A stretch of DNA of 64,000 nt from Eledone cirrhosa (lineage: Eukaryota). Made by a program: the position numbers and the translations under genes. The stretch covers positions 52,080,001 through 52,144,000 of the forward strand of contig OZ024741.1 of assembly GCA_964016885.1 (NCBI GenBank), given 5' to 3'. The notes beneath the pieces were generated by a model. The model was given only the letters and a program-made list of their open reading frames with translations, did no database searches and had not been told where the DNA came from. This document shows positions 17,797-31,125 of the stretch, one piece after another; position 1 is the stretch's first letter; each line of letters opens with the position of its first letter.

Positions 17797-20700
17797 ATGA
17801 TGGCTGCAAACTCGCGTTTGAGCATTGCCATTGCCTGATAAAATGCTAAAAAATGTGAGGCACGAATGTGGCTTTTTAAACTAGCCAAAGACTTGCACCC
17901 TCTGGCACATATATGCCAACTGTAGGCTCCTCTGGGACTTTCCATTGATTTGTTTTGGCTCTGTGTTCTCATGTGTCTTTTGAGACCTCCCATGCTAGCA
18001 CATTCCTTGCACCTTTTTAGATCATAATCTACATGAGATCTATTGATATGACTTTGTTCGTGTCTAGTCAAACCAGCTTTACTCAGGCAGATTCGATAAG
18101 GTTCAACAGTAGGCAGTTCAGAAGAGTCTCTTTTCCTTACCTTCCTTTTCAGTGCAAGGTGTTCTCTCCAACAAGTTTCAAAGTGTTCACTACCTGACTT
18201 GATCAAATGTCCCCACTTCACTCGCTCCTCAGCCATTTTCTCCCATTCGTCAGATGAAATTCCAGCACAAGCCAAGGTGCTCCTGACACAGTCCCATTTT
18301 TGGTTTGTGCGGTGGTCGTCTTCCTTTACACAGTTCTCAGTAGAGAAGTTGCTTTGGAATGCAATCATCAGACATCCAGACCACGTGTCCACACCACCTC
18401 AACCGGTGGCGAAAGATCATGTTCTCTATAGTCATGCATCTGCTCAGTTCGAGAACTTCCAAATCACTGACGAACATTTTCCATCGCACCCCAAGTAACT
18501 TATAAAGAGATTGTTGGTGAAATCTCTCCACTCCTTGAAGTGCTTTCTGTATGTGATGCACCTTTCACAAGCATAAAGCAAAGAGGATACGACAGAAGTC
18601 AGATACACTTTCACCTTAGTTTCGATAGTGATACCTCGTCGGGACCATAAACGTTCATACAGCCATCCAAAAACATCACTGGTTTTCTTGATTCTTAAGG
18701 ATATTTCATCATCCAGTGTGCATGAATTGTTCAGCGTACTACCAAGGTACAAAAACATGTCAGCAACTTTTAGCCTCTTTCCACACACTTGGTATAGTGT
18801 ACTCTTTTCCAGGAGCTGGTTGATACATCACAACAGTCTTTTCCAAGCTTATTGTGAGGCCCAAAGCACTGCAAGCTTCAGAAAAAGAGTTCATAATATG
18901 CTGCATGTCACTTTGTGAGTGTGCAAAAAGATTGCAGTCATCTGCATACAAAACTCTCGGATTATAGATGTTAATACCATTGTGCTTGCACCAAAGTGCC
19001 TGATGTTGAACAACCTTCCTGAAGTGTGATACCTGATGTAAACCCCATGCGAACAATTCTTCCTGGATTCCACGAGAAACACTATCGTAAAATATAAGGA
19101 AAACAGAGTTGTAGCCGGAATGTCCCCCTGCTTCACTCCATTTTCAACTGATATTGGTTCAGAGATGCTCCCACCAATACTGACCCAAGCCTTCATATCC
19201 TCATGAAAAAGACGCAGAATCTTCACAAACTTTGGAGGGCAGCCAAGCTTTTCCAAAATGCAGTTCAATTGACAGTGTCAAAGACCTTTGTCAAGTCAAC
19301 AAAGACCTGGTAATGGTCCATACATTGTTCCACTTTTCTTGCAGCTGCCGAGCAGAAAAAATCACATCCACTGTTCCTCTTTCGTTTCTGAACCCACACT
19401 GCGACTCAGGCAACACATTCAGAGCAACCCTTGAGATCAATCTATCCATCAAAATTCGACACGACTTTACCAACTACTGAAAGAAGTGATATGCCACGAT
19501 AATTTCCACATTTGTCCTTCCCACACTTTCATTTATGGAGAATCACCATGAGTGCATCCTTCCAATCTTGTGAGAAATTCTCATCTTCCCACACCTTTTT
19601 CATGAGGTCAGGCGCTGCATGAAGTTTTCACCACCGCACTTCAAAATCTCTGCACTCAGACCATCCATACCAGGAGACTTACCACAGCAAAAGTCACCTT
19701 TGTAAGAGAAGGTACATCAGCCATCTCATGCTTCACTGGTTCAATAGGAATAGAGCAACTGAAATCATCATCAACCTGGGATGGCTGGTTTAAGAGCTCA
19801 TCAAACTTATCTCTCCATCTGTCGAGTATGTCTTTTGTATCGTGCAGTAACTGCTTGCCATCTTTTGATCTCAATGGTATCTATGGTGAGCTAACAGGAC
19901 CATACACCTCTCTGAGTAGAGAGAGCAGCAGTTTCACATATTTGCCATCAGTTGCCGCTTGAACCTCATCTGCTTTGTTGCTCTATCAGGTATTTTGCAT
20001 GGCCCCGAGTTTCACCTGCATCTCCTTCTTTACCTGTCTGTAACACTCATAATTGTCACCAATAGAGCTACCACCTTTAAGAACTGCATCAAGTGCCTTT
20101 TGTTTTCTGTCCATCAGAGCCTTGATCTCCCTGTCATTCTCATCAAACCAGTCCTTGTGTTTTCTTGTGACAAAACCAAGGACCTCAGATGAAGCCTCAT
20201 AGACCGAGCTCCTGAAGTCATTCCAGTTGTTCGCACGATCAATGGTTTCAAGCCTGCAACTCAGCTCTTCCTTGAAACTCTTATCTTTCATACAATCCAT
20301 ATTCAAGCGCTTTGGAATTTTGACACCATTTGCTCTTGTTTGAGGTTTGATCACAAAGTTTGTCTTGGCTCGCACCAGACGATGGTCTGTCCAGCACTCT
20401 ACACTACGCAGAACACGCAATACTTTATATTCTGCGTGTCACATTTCTTCACAAGAACATAATTTATTAGATACCACATTTTCGACCCAGGATGCATCCA
20501 TGCTGTCTTGAACTTATCCTTTTGCTGGAACATCGTGCTTGCAATGAACAAATCTAACTCTACACACATCTGTAGCAAGAGGAGACCATTGCTGTTACAT
20601 TTCCCTATGCTATGCCTGTCGATCACATTTCAAGTCTCATAATCCCTGCCAACACGTACTTTGAAATTACCAAGTATGACAATTTTGTCTGCTGAAGGAA

Positions 20701-20950
20701 TCTTTTTGACAAGTTCCTTCAAAGACCTGTAAAAGGTGAGATTCTCGTCTTCATTGGAGTTCATCGTCAGGGCATATACACTGACTATGGTAAGGTACCG
20801 ATTGTACATCAGAGGAATTCTCATTGACATAAGACGATCACTGATGTCACTTGGAAATTGGTCAAGTGTCGACACCAAAGATGTTTTCACTGCAAAAGTC
20901 ACACCTGCCTACCTTTTGCATCCTGCTGCTCTGCCACTCCAGTAAAACAT
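17797..20950 (-). mobile_element. RTE-clade LINE, near-complete decayed ORF (APE, RT, C-terminal C2H2 fingers)
   Basis: [80 protein letters not shown]. Confidence 0.9.
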
Positions 20951-21023
20951 ATAGCCACTGGACATCTCAGGGGTATGACACTCTTCGAGTAGCCTTGTTT
21001 CAGATAAGGCAACAATATCCACA

Positions 21024-21059
<36 letters not shown>

Positions 21060-21218
21060 TAATTTGGGAGGGTCATGTTGCCAATAAGAAACACACGCAC
21101 CAGTTGCTTTCACTTCAATTTATTATATATTTATAAATTTATAAATTTACAAATCTATAAACTTATAAATTTCTGGTTGGTTGGTTGGTTCCACAACCAG
21201 ATAGTTGTTTATATATAT

Positions 21219-21263
21219 AGTCATAGTCCTTTCGTCACACACCCTGTGACCTCTTCAGTGACT
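21219..21263 (-). ncRNA. Minimal type I hammerhead ribozyme motif (family C)
   Basis: Minus strand: AGUCA-CUGAAGA-G-GUCAC(AGGGUGU)GUGAC-GAAA-G(GA)C-UA-UGACU; all core residues, 5-bp stem I, 5-bp stem II. Confidence 0.8.
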
Positions 21264-21334
21264 GGGGATTTCAGATAAAGAATCTTGCTAAACAAATTCA
21301 GAAACGAAATATATTTATTAAAATAACAGATTAA

Positions 21335-21385
21335 AGTTTAAGCAAAGAATCACTGCTTTCACCCTTAACGGGATCTTCTGAAACT
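21335..21385 (-). ncRNA. Hammerhead-like motif, CAGAAGA core (family B)
   Basis: AGUUU-CAGAAGA-UCCC(GUUAA)GGGU-GAAA-GCAG(UGAUUCU)UUGC-UU-AAACU. Confidence 0.65.
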
Positions 21386-22316
21386 AACAAAGTCAATCTG
21401 TAAACGCAGAAGTGGATATTTCAAAAAACGTTGCAACCGGAGGAAGACAGGTAGACGATACTTTGGTTCGTGGAAACGTTCCCTGGCAAAGAACGGGAAA
21501 AAACGAATATAATACGTCATTAATTGGAGCGGTGAAAAGCAATTACACGCAAAGACAGAACCACGTTTATGGTATAAAAGAAGTCGTAGACTGATATTCT
21601 CTTAGGTGGTTCATAGAGACGTTCTCTGGCAATGAACGGAGAAAACGAAGATAATACGTCATATGTGGAGCGTGGAGAACAATTGCACGCAAAGACAAAA
21701 CCACGTAAATGGTATAGCTGAAGTCGTAGACTAAAATTCTAACTAGGAAACCGAATGATTCTCCGCGTCAGAGTTAAGAATAAAGTAAATAAAATACAAT
21801 ACAGAGGTAATAGAAATTAAATAAATACATACACGCATCCAAATACGTACATACACAAGCATACGCATAACACTCGCCATAGGTATACAAATACACGCAC
21901 ATATAAATATGTATGTGTGTGTGTGCGTGTATACAAATAATTAAATAAACGTATATAAATAAATAAATACGTATATAACGAACGCACACACATACCTACA
22001 TGTAAATACACAAATGTTCGGAGACGTACGTCAACCAAAACACGAAGTACACATATACACACACCCTACATACGTACGAACCCGCATACTCACACAGACG
22101 CAAAACTCACGTATACACATAACCAAAAGCATATGTACCAGAATATATAAAATATACGCCATAACATATACAAACAAATATACGTACGAGAAAGTATACG
22201 TACCTTCACAAAACATACAGGTAATATATACTTACCTATGCAAATAAGTAATGGTATAAACAAAACATATACTTAGCTACCACATCAAGACGTAAATTAT
22301 CCGCGTATAGATCGTA

Positions 22317-22762
22317 CTATCCGTTAGGGTATAATGTGGAGCTGTAATACAGGAAAATTTTGTGCAATTTATGTTTACAAGCCGAAATTGCCTCAGATTT
22401 TTTGTTTAAGATGTGGTCTGTGGCGTGGAGTATTTCCAGGGCCTCAGCGGCGCAGAGGTCAGATGGTACTTTATTTCCGTTATACGATCTAGCCCTAGCT
22501 AGGATCTCCCAGTGTAACTTATATTGGGTGTGGTTGTCTTTTAGACTCCAAATATAAGCTGAAAGTGACGTCATATTCCTTCTAAGAGTGTAACGAAAAG
22601 AATGGGTATGCATGTAAAGACGCTGCTTGAATCTATTGGCGGTTAACCCTATGTAGGCCCTACGGGACGTGGGTGTTTCAACCTTACATTTGTAGACAAT
22701 GTTACTAGAGAGGCATTTCCCGTATAGGGGGCAATCAACCCGATTCCTACAATTACAGTTAG
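22317..22762 (-). pseudogene. PLE GIY-YIG endonuclease domain
   Basis: CNCRNRVDCP.YGKCLSSNIVYKCKV...AYIGLTANRFKQR...TSLSAYIWSLKD...WEIL...LNKKSEAISACKH. Confidence 0.85.
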
Positions 22763-23899
22763 TACTAACTACAGGGTTGCACGTTCCTACGGCTAGGTAG
22801 TTTAGCTAAATTTGAAGCTGTGATGTTATGTGCAAGGTTAGGAGTCGTAGAGTAAGAAATTTTAATAGTATTTCTACTAACGAGCATATTTTCAACGACC
22901 ATTCCACTTATTACAATGAAGCTCTTGCTCGGAGTGGATTTTTCGATAAGGTAGCATATACAGAGTACGAGAATAGACCTAGAAGAAATAGATCCCGTCG
23001 CATTATATGGTATAACCCACCATATAATATAGAGGTGGCCACACCATTAGCTAAGATATTTCTATCCCTTATTACGAAGCATTTTCCCCCTAGACATAAA
23101 TATAGTAACATTTTTAATAGAAATACTTTTTTTATATATTCTGGTACATATGCTTTTGGTTATGTGTATACGGGAGTTTTGCGTCTGTGTGAGTATGCGG
23201 GTTCGTACTTATGTTGGGTGTGTGTATATGTGTACTTCATGTTTTGGTTAACGTACGTCTCCGAACATTTGTGCATTTACATGTAGGTATGTGTGTGCGC
23301 TTGTTATATACGTATTTATTTATATACGTTTATTTAATTACTTATTTATTTGCATACACGCACACACACACATATTTATATGTGCGTGGTTTTGTATACC
23401 TATGGCGAGTGTTTTCGCGTATGCTCGTGTATGTACGTATTTGGATGCGTGTATGTATTTATTTAATATCAATTACCTCTGTATTGTATTTTATTTACTT
23501 TATTCTTAACTCTGACGCGGAGAATCATTCGGTTTCCTAGTTAGAATTTTAGTCTACGACTTCAGCTATACCATTTACGTGGTTTTGTCTTTGCGTGCAA
23601 TTGTTCTCCACGCTCCACATATGACGTATTATCCTCGTTTTTTCCTTTCATTGCCAGAGAACGTCTCATATGAACCACCTAAGAGAACATTAGTCTACGA
23701 CTTCTTTTATACCATAAACGTGGTTCTGTCTTTGCGTGTAATTGTTTTTTCACCACTCTTATTAATGACGTATTATATTCGTTTTTTCCCGTTCTTTTCC
23801 AGGGAACGTTTCCACGAACCAAAGTATCGTCTTCCTGTCTTCCTCCGGTTGCAACGTTTTTTTAAATATCCACTTCTGCGTTTACAGATTGACTTTGTT

Positions 23900-23950
23900 A
23901 GTTTCAGAAGATCCCGTTAAGGGTGAAAGCAGCGATTCTTTGCTTAAACT
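23900..23950 (+). ncRNA. Hammerhead-like motif, CAGAAGA core (family B)
   Basis: AGUUU-CAGAAGA-UCCC(GUUAA)GGGU-GAAA-GCAG(CGAUUCU)UUGC-UU-AAACU; all three stems form. Confidence 0.65.
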
Positions 23951-23997
23951 TTAATCTGTTATTTTAATAAATATATATATATATATAAATTTCTTTT

Positions 23998-24069
<72 letters not shown>

Positions 24070-24992
24070 TAAAACATGTCTATAGAATCACCAGATAAAA
24101 TATATACCATTTCCTCTCCCTATTGGCATAATTAACTATATAAAAAATCGATTAGACCAAGCTATAAGAATATATATAAAAGAAATTTATTTTATTTCAT
24201 TTTATTTTATTTGCATTGAAATCTAAGAAAATTTGGCATATTTGCCTGGAAATAGTAATTGTAAAAAAGGAGAAGTGTGTGTAATTTTTACATTGAAACT
24301 GTAGAAATTTAACCTATTTGCATTGATGTGGTAATTAAAGGGAAATCCCTGGCCGCTCTGACCTATTTGGCGAAATTTAAATTTGTTTGGAGCTAATAAA
24401 ATGTTGATAGAATTTGACTGATACTTGACCGAAAAGCCGTGAGTGAAGTTAGTGATAAGGATATGTCAGTGTTTTGCTTTCTTTTTTCTTTCTGACTTTG
24501 TCTATTTCCTTTCTCTGCGTTAGCCACAAAGATAGACACTTTCTTAGAAAATGGTCACAATAAATAGATAGGTGTGGATTTTGTTAAATAATTTTGTAAA
24601 TCTCTGTTTACATAGTTGTTTTTATTGTTGTCGCTGTAATTATCATGGTAAAAAAAGTGACCATAATGCTAGTTAAACCCAGAAAGGGTAAAACTGGAAC
24701 AATAAACATTTGGTGATCATAAACACAGAAATAGAAGGGACTAGGCTGATAATAAAAAGAGGCTGGATGTTTTATAGCTATGAACTCGGCAAAGCAAATA
24801 AAGCTTAAACTGAAATAGACCACATACGTCAGCAGATAACAATTGAATTAATCAATACACCCTAGAGTTTACTGTATCCATTAGTTAGAAAATATATACC
24901 AACATTACACGATAGGAAGAAAAAACATTTGGACTTTCGCAAACATGGAAACTTTTGTCTGTGACATATCAACTCCTTCATATAATTGTGTT

Positions 24993-25082
24993 AACATCTG
25001 ATGATGACACACCGGTGCCGATTGCTGTTGTAATTATAGAATAACAGCTCCACACTGGCGTCACTGAAATACGTATTATGCA
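24993..25082 (+). ncRNA. Hammerhead motif with extended stem II
   Basis: CAU-CUGAUGA-UGAC...GUCA-cu-GAAA-U(ACGU)A-UU-AUG; palindromic stem III loop; short stem I. Confidence 0.55.
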
Positions 25083-25211
25083 ATAAATACTATTGTATGA
25101 GATATTCAACGTTGATTCATACATAGAAACTCCGTTGCGTTTGATCGCCATTGTGATATATATATATTAACAATATTAATAAATAGAAAATATCATTTAT
25201 AATACCATATT

Positions 25212-25269
25212 TATTTTATTATACGTATTTCAAGGACACAAAGTTTGTGTGCTTTCATCAGATAAAATA
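25212..25269 (-). ncRNA. Minimal type I hammerhead ribozyme (family A)
   Basis: UAUUUUAU-CUGAUGA-AAG-cACACAA(acu)UUGUGUc-CUU-GAAA-U(ACGU)A-UA-AUAAAAUA. Confidence 0.8.
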
Positions 25270-25771
25270 TAATATTTGGTGTTAAGATATTGACATACCT
25301 TAGCATAGTCTTAATAGTATAAGTTCACTAACGGCAGTGAGGAGAAATTCAAATACAGATCTATGTATATGGTGGGGGGTTGTAGAGTTACATTGACAGA
25401 TAGGTAAAACATAGTCAGACAGACAAACACAGATAGACAGACTAATAGACAAATAGATGGATGGATAGATAGATATATACACAGACGGAAAGAAGCAGAG
25501 AGATGAGTAAACAAATAGACCGATAAACAGATAATTAAATAGGTGTGTGGGTGGGTAGGTAGGTTGGTAGTTAAGTAGGTATGCCGTTACGTAACCAGGT
25601 AAGCAGGTAGATATACTAATAGACAGTGACACAAGGACAGACAGAAACTATGAACAAATAAAGAAAAAGGAAAACATTCATTTTAAACCTTCACACCTCA
25701 ACAATTCTTTGTCTAAATATCACAGCATCTAATGAATGTATAAACAAAATAACACACACACACACACATAG

Positions 25772-25772
<1 letters not shown>

Positions 25773-25815
<43 letters not shown>

Positions 25816-26520
25816 TTAACATACATTTTCCACGCTAGCATGGATAAGGCATGCTGTCCCGTTTTGAGACATCCAGGTCAGAGGACAGTGTTTTGCTCAC
25901 ACAACTGATTTTGGCTTCGTTTCTATCGAATGCCAACCACATTTATAGTGTCTTATTGTCGTGTCGCTAACACAATCACTTTACAGTGTGGGCTGGGTGA
26001 TTTTTACCGTGACACCTACGCAACCACATTACAGTGTGGACTGGGCGCTTTTTGTTGTGACACCTACACGATTACTTTACAGTGTGGGCCTCATACTTTT
26101 TGTCGTGGCTTCAGATATAAGAGAAAAAGGTGCCATAGAGAATCAGCGGGAAGCTGGGTAACATTAAGTGTCTTTTCTAGCACAGCATCTCTCCATTCAT
26201 CACAGAAGTTGATCTCTTCTGTGAGTTTGCTACAGTGATTTGAGATCAGCTCTCACAATTTACGCTTAGATCTTCTTTGGTCTCCCCCAACTAAAGTTTT
26301 CTCCCACAAGGAACTCCTAGAACACCCAACAATCATCATACACATCACATGACCATATCAGTGAAGTCTTCTCCCCTGCACACTATTTGTTTCCTTTTAT
26401 GTCCACTTTTTCTCTCAGCTCATTGATGCTTTGCCATCTTTGCAAATGCAACAAACCATGCTCACTTCATTTCTCCCCGTTTCTCCTCATTTACTGCCTA
26501 TGCTTCACTTCCAGAAATAA
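25773..26520 (-). mobile_element. RTE LINE 3' fragment
   Basis: Minus strand RRLH*YGHV near 26345-26375; (CAT)n tail 25773-25814; boundaries approximate. Confidence 0.55.
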
Positions 26521-26554
26521 ATAAGAGAACACATAGCTGTGTATAGATACATTA

Positions 26555-26576
26555 TCTATATATCTAAAACAGAGAA

Positions 26577-26617
<41 letters not shown>

Positions 26618-27018
26618 GACTCCCTAAAACTCGAGAACCACCCAACCGATTGTTTTCAAACTTTACACATGTAATACCTATGGTCCTGTGAGTATTTTGA
26701 GCAAAAATTATTTCAAATTTTCAATGCCCTAGGGACCGCATTAGGCGATTTAGCGATCTCTCTCTATAATTCTTAGTCTTTTTTTTAGATAGATACATAG
26801 ATATAACGTTACGTCCTTATAATATCTGCCTTATAATATCTGTCTAATAATTGCCTGCATTACGATATTATGACGCTATATATAGTGTGTGTATATATAT
26901 ATAGTACGTAACGTTTTTCGAAATATTTACTTCTGCGTTCACAGAGTGATTTTTTTAGTTTCAGAAGATCCCGTTAAGGGGGAAAGCAGCGATTCTTTGC
27001 TTAAATTTTAATCTGTTA

Positions 27019-27114
<96 letters not shown>

Positions 27115-27267
27115 ACATTTTATATATTCGTGTACACATATTTTTGCATACACAATAACAAAATATAAACAAACGCATTTATTTCACGAGGCTCGATAAG
27201 GATAAATATATATCAAATATATAAGAACCCTAGAGAAAATCCCGAGCAACGCCGGGCCATTCTGCTA

Positions 27268-27268
<1 letters not shown>
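26555..27268 (+). mobile_element. Non-autonomous Helitron
   Basis: A|TC start, (TGTC)n near the 5' end, 3' hairpin CCCGAGC-AAC-GCCGGG then CTAG|T. Confidence 0.8.
26957..27007 (+). ncRNA. Hammerhead-like motif, CAGAAGA core (family B), inside the Helitron
   Basis: AGUUU-CAGAAGA-UCCC(GUUAA)GGGG-GAAA-GCAG..UUGC-UU-AAAUU; substitutions retain pairing as G-U. Confidence 0.65.
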
Positions 27269-27358
<90 letters not shown>

Positions 27359-27540
27359 GCCTTTATTATAATTTAAACAATATTTTTAGTTGTTGTTGTG
27401 ATATATATTCCAGAATAACTCTAAGATGAAGACAAATGTGATGAAGGAAGAAAGACAAATTAGCAACCACCCTACACATCTCTATAGAGTCAACTGTGTA
27501 ATTACACACACACCTCCCCCCACACATATGTATATATATA

Positions 27541-28108
27541 TAAGAATAAACAGAGGCTGTGTAGTTGCTGGATAAGGTGTACTTATAAAAAGAGGAAAGC
27601 AAGAACAGGAGAAAATGTCCCTTCATCAGTTGTCTGCTGGGGGTCTTGGACATTTCAACGCATTTCAACTGTTTCTCTCGCCTTCTCCTCTAGCTGTCTC
27701 TTTCTCACTTACTCTTGCGGAGGTTAGACATTTTTTTTCTCGTCCACACCAATCTCGAATTTATGTTCAGTAATTGATGGTGACTTTAATTTTTCTCTCT
27801 CTCTTCCAGCTGCTCACATACATGTGTTTCGGGTTTCCTTCTTCGGTTTGTTGTTCCCCGTTTTCTTCCTCTGTTTTTCCTTTTTCCTCCCTCTTCTCTT
27901 CTGTTACTATTTTTTTCTCTTTCCCTTTTTTTCCCAATAACTTCCTTGAGTTATTGACGCCCTGGGGTGAGACATATTGTCTTTAATGCGTTGAAATGTC
28001 CAAGGCCCCCAGCAGACAACTAATGAAGGAAAATTTTCTCCCGTTCTTGCTTTCCACTTTTTATAAGTACACCTTATCCAGCAGCTACACAGCCCGTGTT
28101 TATTCTTA

Positions 28109-28110
<2 letters not shown>
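27541..28110. repeat. Diverged inverted repeat, about 125-bp arms, flanked by microsatellites
   Basis: 27541-27665 is the reverse complement of 27985-28110 with several substitutions. Confidence 0.85.
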
Positions 28111-28201
<91 letters not shown>

Positions 28202-28242
28202 TTGTGAGGTTTTTGATATGAAATTGTGTGTCGAAACAAATA

Positions 28243-28686
28243 TTGTTATACTTGGGGAGGGTCATATTTGTGTAATATTGCCAGAATTAATAACAGAAAA
28301 CATTCACTGTTTGGTTGGCTTTCGCTTTTCGCTTCTGTGTCTTTTATATCAGTTAATTTAATTTATTCGGTCCTCAATGTTGCCATTGACTGACCAACGG
28401 TCAAAAATACAGATACAGTGAGTGCAACAGAATCAGTGAGTGCAACAGAATCAGTGAGTGCAACAAAAACAGGAACCTATCCAACTGCATAATAGGCAGC
28501 ATGGATGTGGTATCACTGTACCCATCCATTAACCTGTATTTGGTCAGTCAATGGCAACATTGAGGACCGAATAAATTAAATTAACCGATATAAAAGACAC
28601 AGAAGCGAAAACCAACTAAACAGTGAGTGTGTTCTGTTATTAATTCTGGCAATATTACACAAATATGACCGTCCCCAAGTATAACT
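28243..28686. repeat. Fold-back inverted repeat, about 150-bp arms; spacer has three 18-bp tandem units
   Basis: 28243-28398 vs 28541-28686; spacer CAGTGAGTGCAACAGAAT x3; outer end GTTATACTTGGGGAGGGTCAT resembles 62951 and 21064. Confidence 0.88.
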
Positions 28687-28707
28687 ATATATATATATAT
28701 ATATACA

Positions 28708-29076
28708 ACCTCTTTTATACCATAAACGTGGTTCTGTCCTTGCACGTAATTGTTTTTCACCGCTCCTATTAATGACGTATTATTCGTTTTTTCCCGTTCT
28801 TTGCCAGCGAACGTCACCATGAACCAAAGTATCGTCTTCCTGTCTTCCTCCGGTTGCAACGTTTTTTGAAATATCCAGTTCTGCGTTTACAGATTAACTT
28901 TGTTAGTTTCAGAAGATCCCGTTAAGGGTGAAAGCAGCGATTCTTTGCTTAAACTTTAATCTGTTATTTTAATAAATATTTGCTCTTCGGTTCTTATATA
29001 TTTGATATATATTTTCCTTATCGAGCCCTCTCTGGATTTCAGTCTTCAATTTTATTATTATTACTATTATTATTAT

Positions 29077-29080
<4 letters not shown>
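28708..29080 (+). mobile_element. PLE pLTR fragment with family B hammerhead-like motif (28905-28955)
   Basis: Matches 23700-23975; ends in (TA)n. Confidence 0.85.
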
Positions 29081-29169
<89 letters not shown>

Positions 29170-29175
<6 letters not shown>

Positions 29176-30985
29176 TAACAGATTAAAGTTTAAGCAAAGG
29201 GTCGCTGCTTTCACCCTTAACGGGGTCTTCTGAAACCAAAAAAATCTTTCTGTGAACGCAGAAGTAAATATTTTGAAAAACGTTGCAACCGAAGGAAGAC
29301 AGGAAGACGATACTTTGGTTGGTGAAGACGTTCCCTGGCAATGAACGAAAAAAAGCGAAGATAATACGTCATTATGTGGAACGAAGAGAACAATTATACG
29401 CAAAGACAAAACCACATTTATGGTATAAATGGAGTCAGAGACTAATATTCTATTCTCGGCTTCAGAGTTAATAATAATGTAAATAAATTAGTAGAACGAA
29501 AATGACAGAGGTTATTAAAGTAATAATAATTTAATACATACGCACATCTATATACGTACATACACGTGCATACGTGAAAACACACGCCATGCATACAAAT
29601 ACATGCGCGTACACATAAACACGTGCACACATACGTACGTATACACCAAATACACATATAAAATATATATGTGTGTGTGAATACATATAATTATATATAC
29701 GTATATAACGCACGCACACATATACCTACAGGTAAATACACATATGTTCACCAAACGTACATATACCAAAACTCAATGTACACATATACACACCATACAT
29801 ACGTGCAAACACGCATACACACACACACACAAACACGAAATACACATATACCAATATATATAATATATACACCTATAACAAATACAAGCATGTATACGTA
29901 CCTCCACAAAACATACGGGTAAGGTATACTTACTTTTACAAATAAGTAATGGTATAAACATAAAATATACTTAGCTACCACATCAAGACGTAAATTATCC
30001 GCGCATTGTTCGTACTATCCATTAGGGTATAATGTGGGGCTGTAATACAGGAAAGTTTTATGCAATTTGTGTTTACAAGCCAAAATTGCCTCAGATTTTT
30101 TGTTTAAGATGTGATCATTGGTGTAGAGTATTTCTAGGGCTTCAGCGGCGCAAAGATCGCATGGTCTTTTATTTCTGCTATACGATCTAGCTTTAGCTAG
30201 GATCTCCCAGTGTAACCTACCTATATTGGGTGTGGTTGTCTTTTAGGCTTCAGATATAAGCTGAAAGTGACGTCATATTCCTTCTTACAGGGTTAAGAAA
30301 AGAATGGGTGTGCATGTAAATACGCTGCTTGAATCTATTGGCGGTTAACCATGTGTAGGCCCTACTAGACGTGGGTGTTTCGACCTTACATTTGTAGACA
30401 ATGTTACTGGAGAGGCATTTCCCGGATAGTGGGCAGTCAACCCGATTCCTACAATTACAGTTAGAACTAGCTACAGGGTTGCACGTGTTCCTACGGCTAG
30501 GTAATTTAGCTAAATTTGACGCAGTGATGTTATGTGCAAGGCTAGGAGTCGTAGAGTAAGATATTTTAATGGTATTTCTATTAAAAATTTAATTATGTTT
30601 ATGTGCTGAGAGGAAATGCTTCTTAATAAGGGAGAGAAATATCTTAGCTAATGGTGGGGCCACCTCCATATTATATGGTGGATTATACCATATAATGCGT
30701 CGGGATCTATTTTTCCTTGGTCTATGCTCATACTTAGTATATGCTACCTTATCGACAAATCCACTCCGAGCAAGAGCTTCATTGTAATATGTGGAATGGT
30801 CGGTGAAAATATGCTCGTTTGTAGATAGACGGAAAAGCCTCAGAGAAACGTTTCTTACCAGGTTCTTGGTTATGCTGGCAGGATGGTTAGAATGCTTACT
30901 GGTGTAATTAAGCGTATCATACGGATTTCTATACGGGTAGTTCAAGCCATTCGACAAATTGAGGGTAACGTCGAGGTAGTTTACG
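29170..30985 (-). mobile_element. 5'-truncated Penelope-like element (RT C-terminal region, GIY-YIG, pLTR with family B motif at 29187-29237)
   Basis: VNYLDVTLNL...PYRNP...SNHPASI...IIWYNPPY then CNCRNRVDCP, CDLC, CKH; frameshifted. Confidence 0.88.
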
Positions 30986-31125
30986 ACCCAACTTACGAAA
31001 ATTAACAAAGAGAGGACAAGGCAAAACGAAAGACAATTTTTTAAAGGGGAAAGCTTGAAAAAATATATTTTAATAATAAAAATACAAACTAAAGACACAA
31101 AACTCCAGGGTCATCAGCCGTTGAG

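Larger units (their letters stand above)
21312..23975. mobile_element. Penelope-like element, 5'-truncated, with inverted terminal repeats (pLTRs) and an internal inversion
   Basis: 21312-22150 is the reverse complement of 23130-23975; GIY-YIG on minus; upstream ORF piece inverted at 22873-23125. Confidence 0.88.

Noticed and set aside
17496-18392. 298-aa ORF with C2H2 motifs as a host zinc-finger gene
   Set aside because: Continuous with the RTE ORF C-terminus and runs into a microsatellite.
27600-27640. CTGATGA on the minus strand followed by a hairpin
   Set aside because: No GAAA after the stem, and the partner arm reads CTAATGA.
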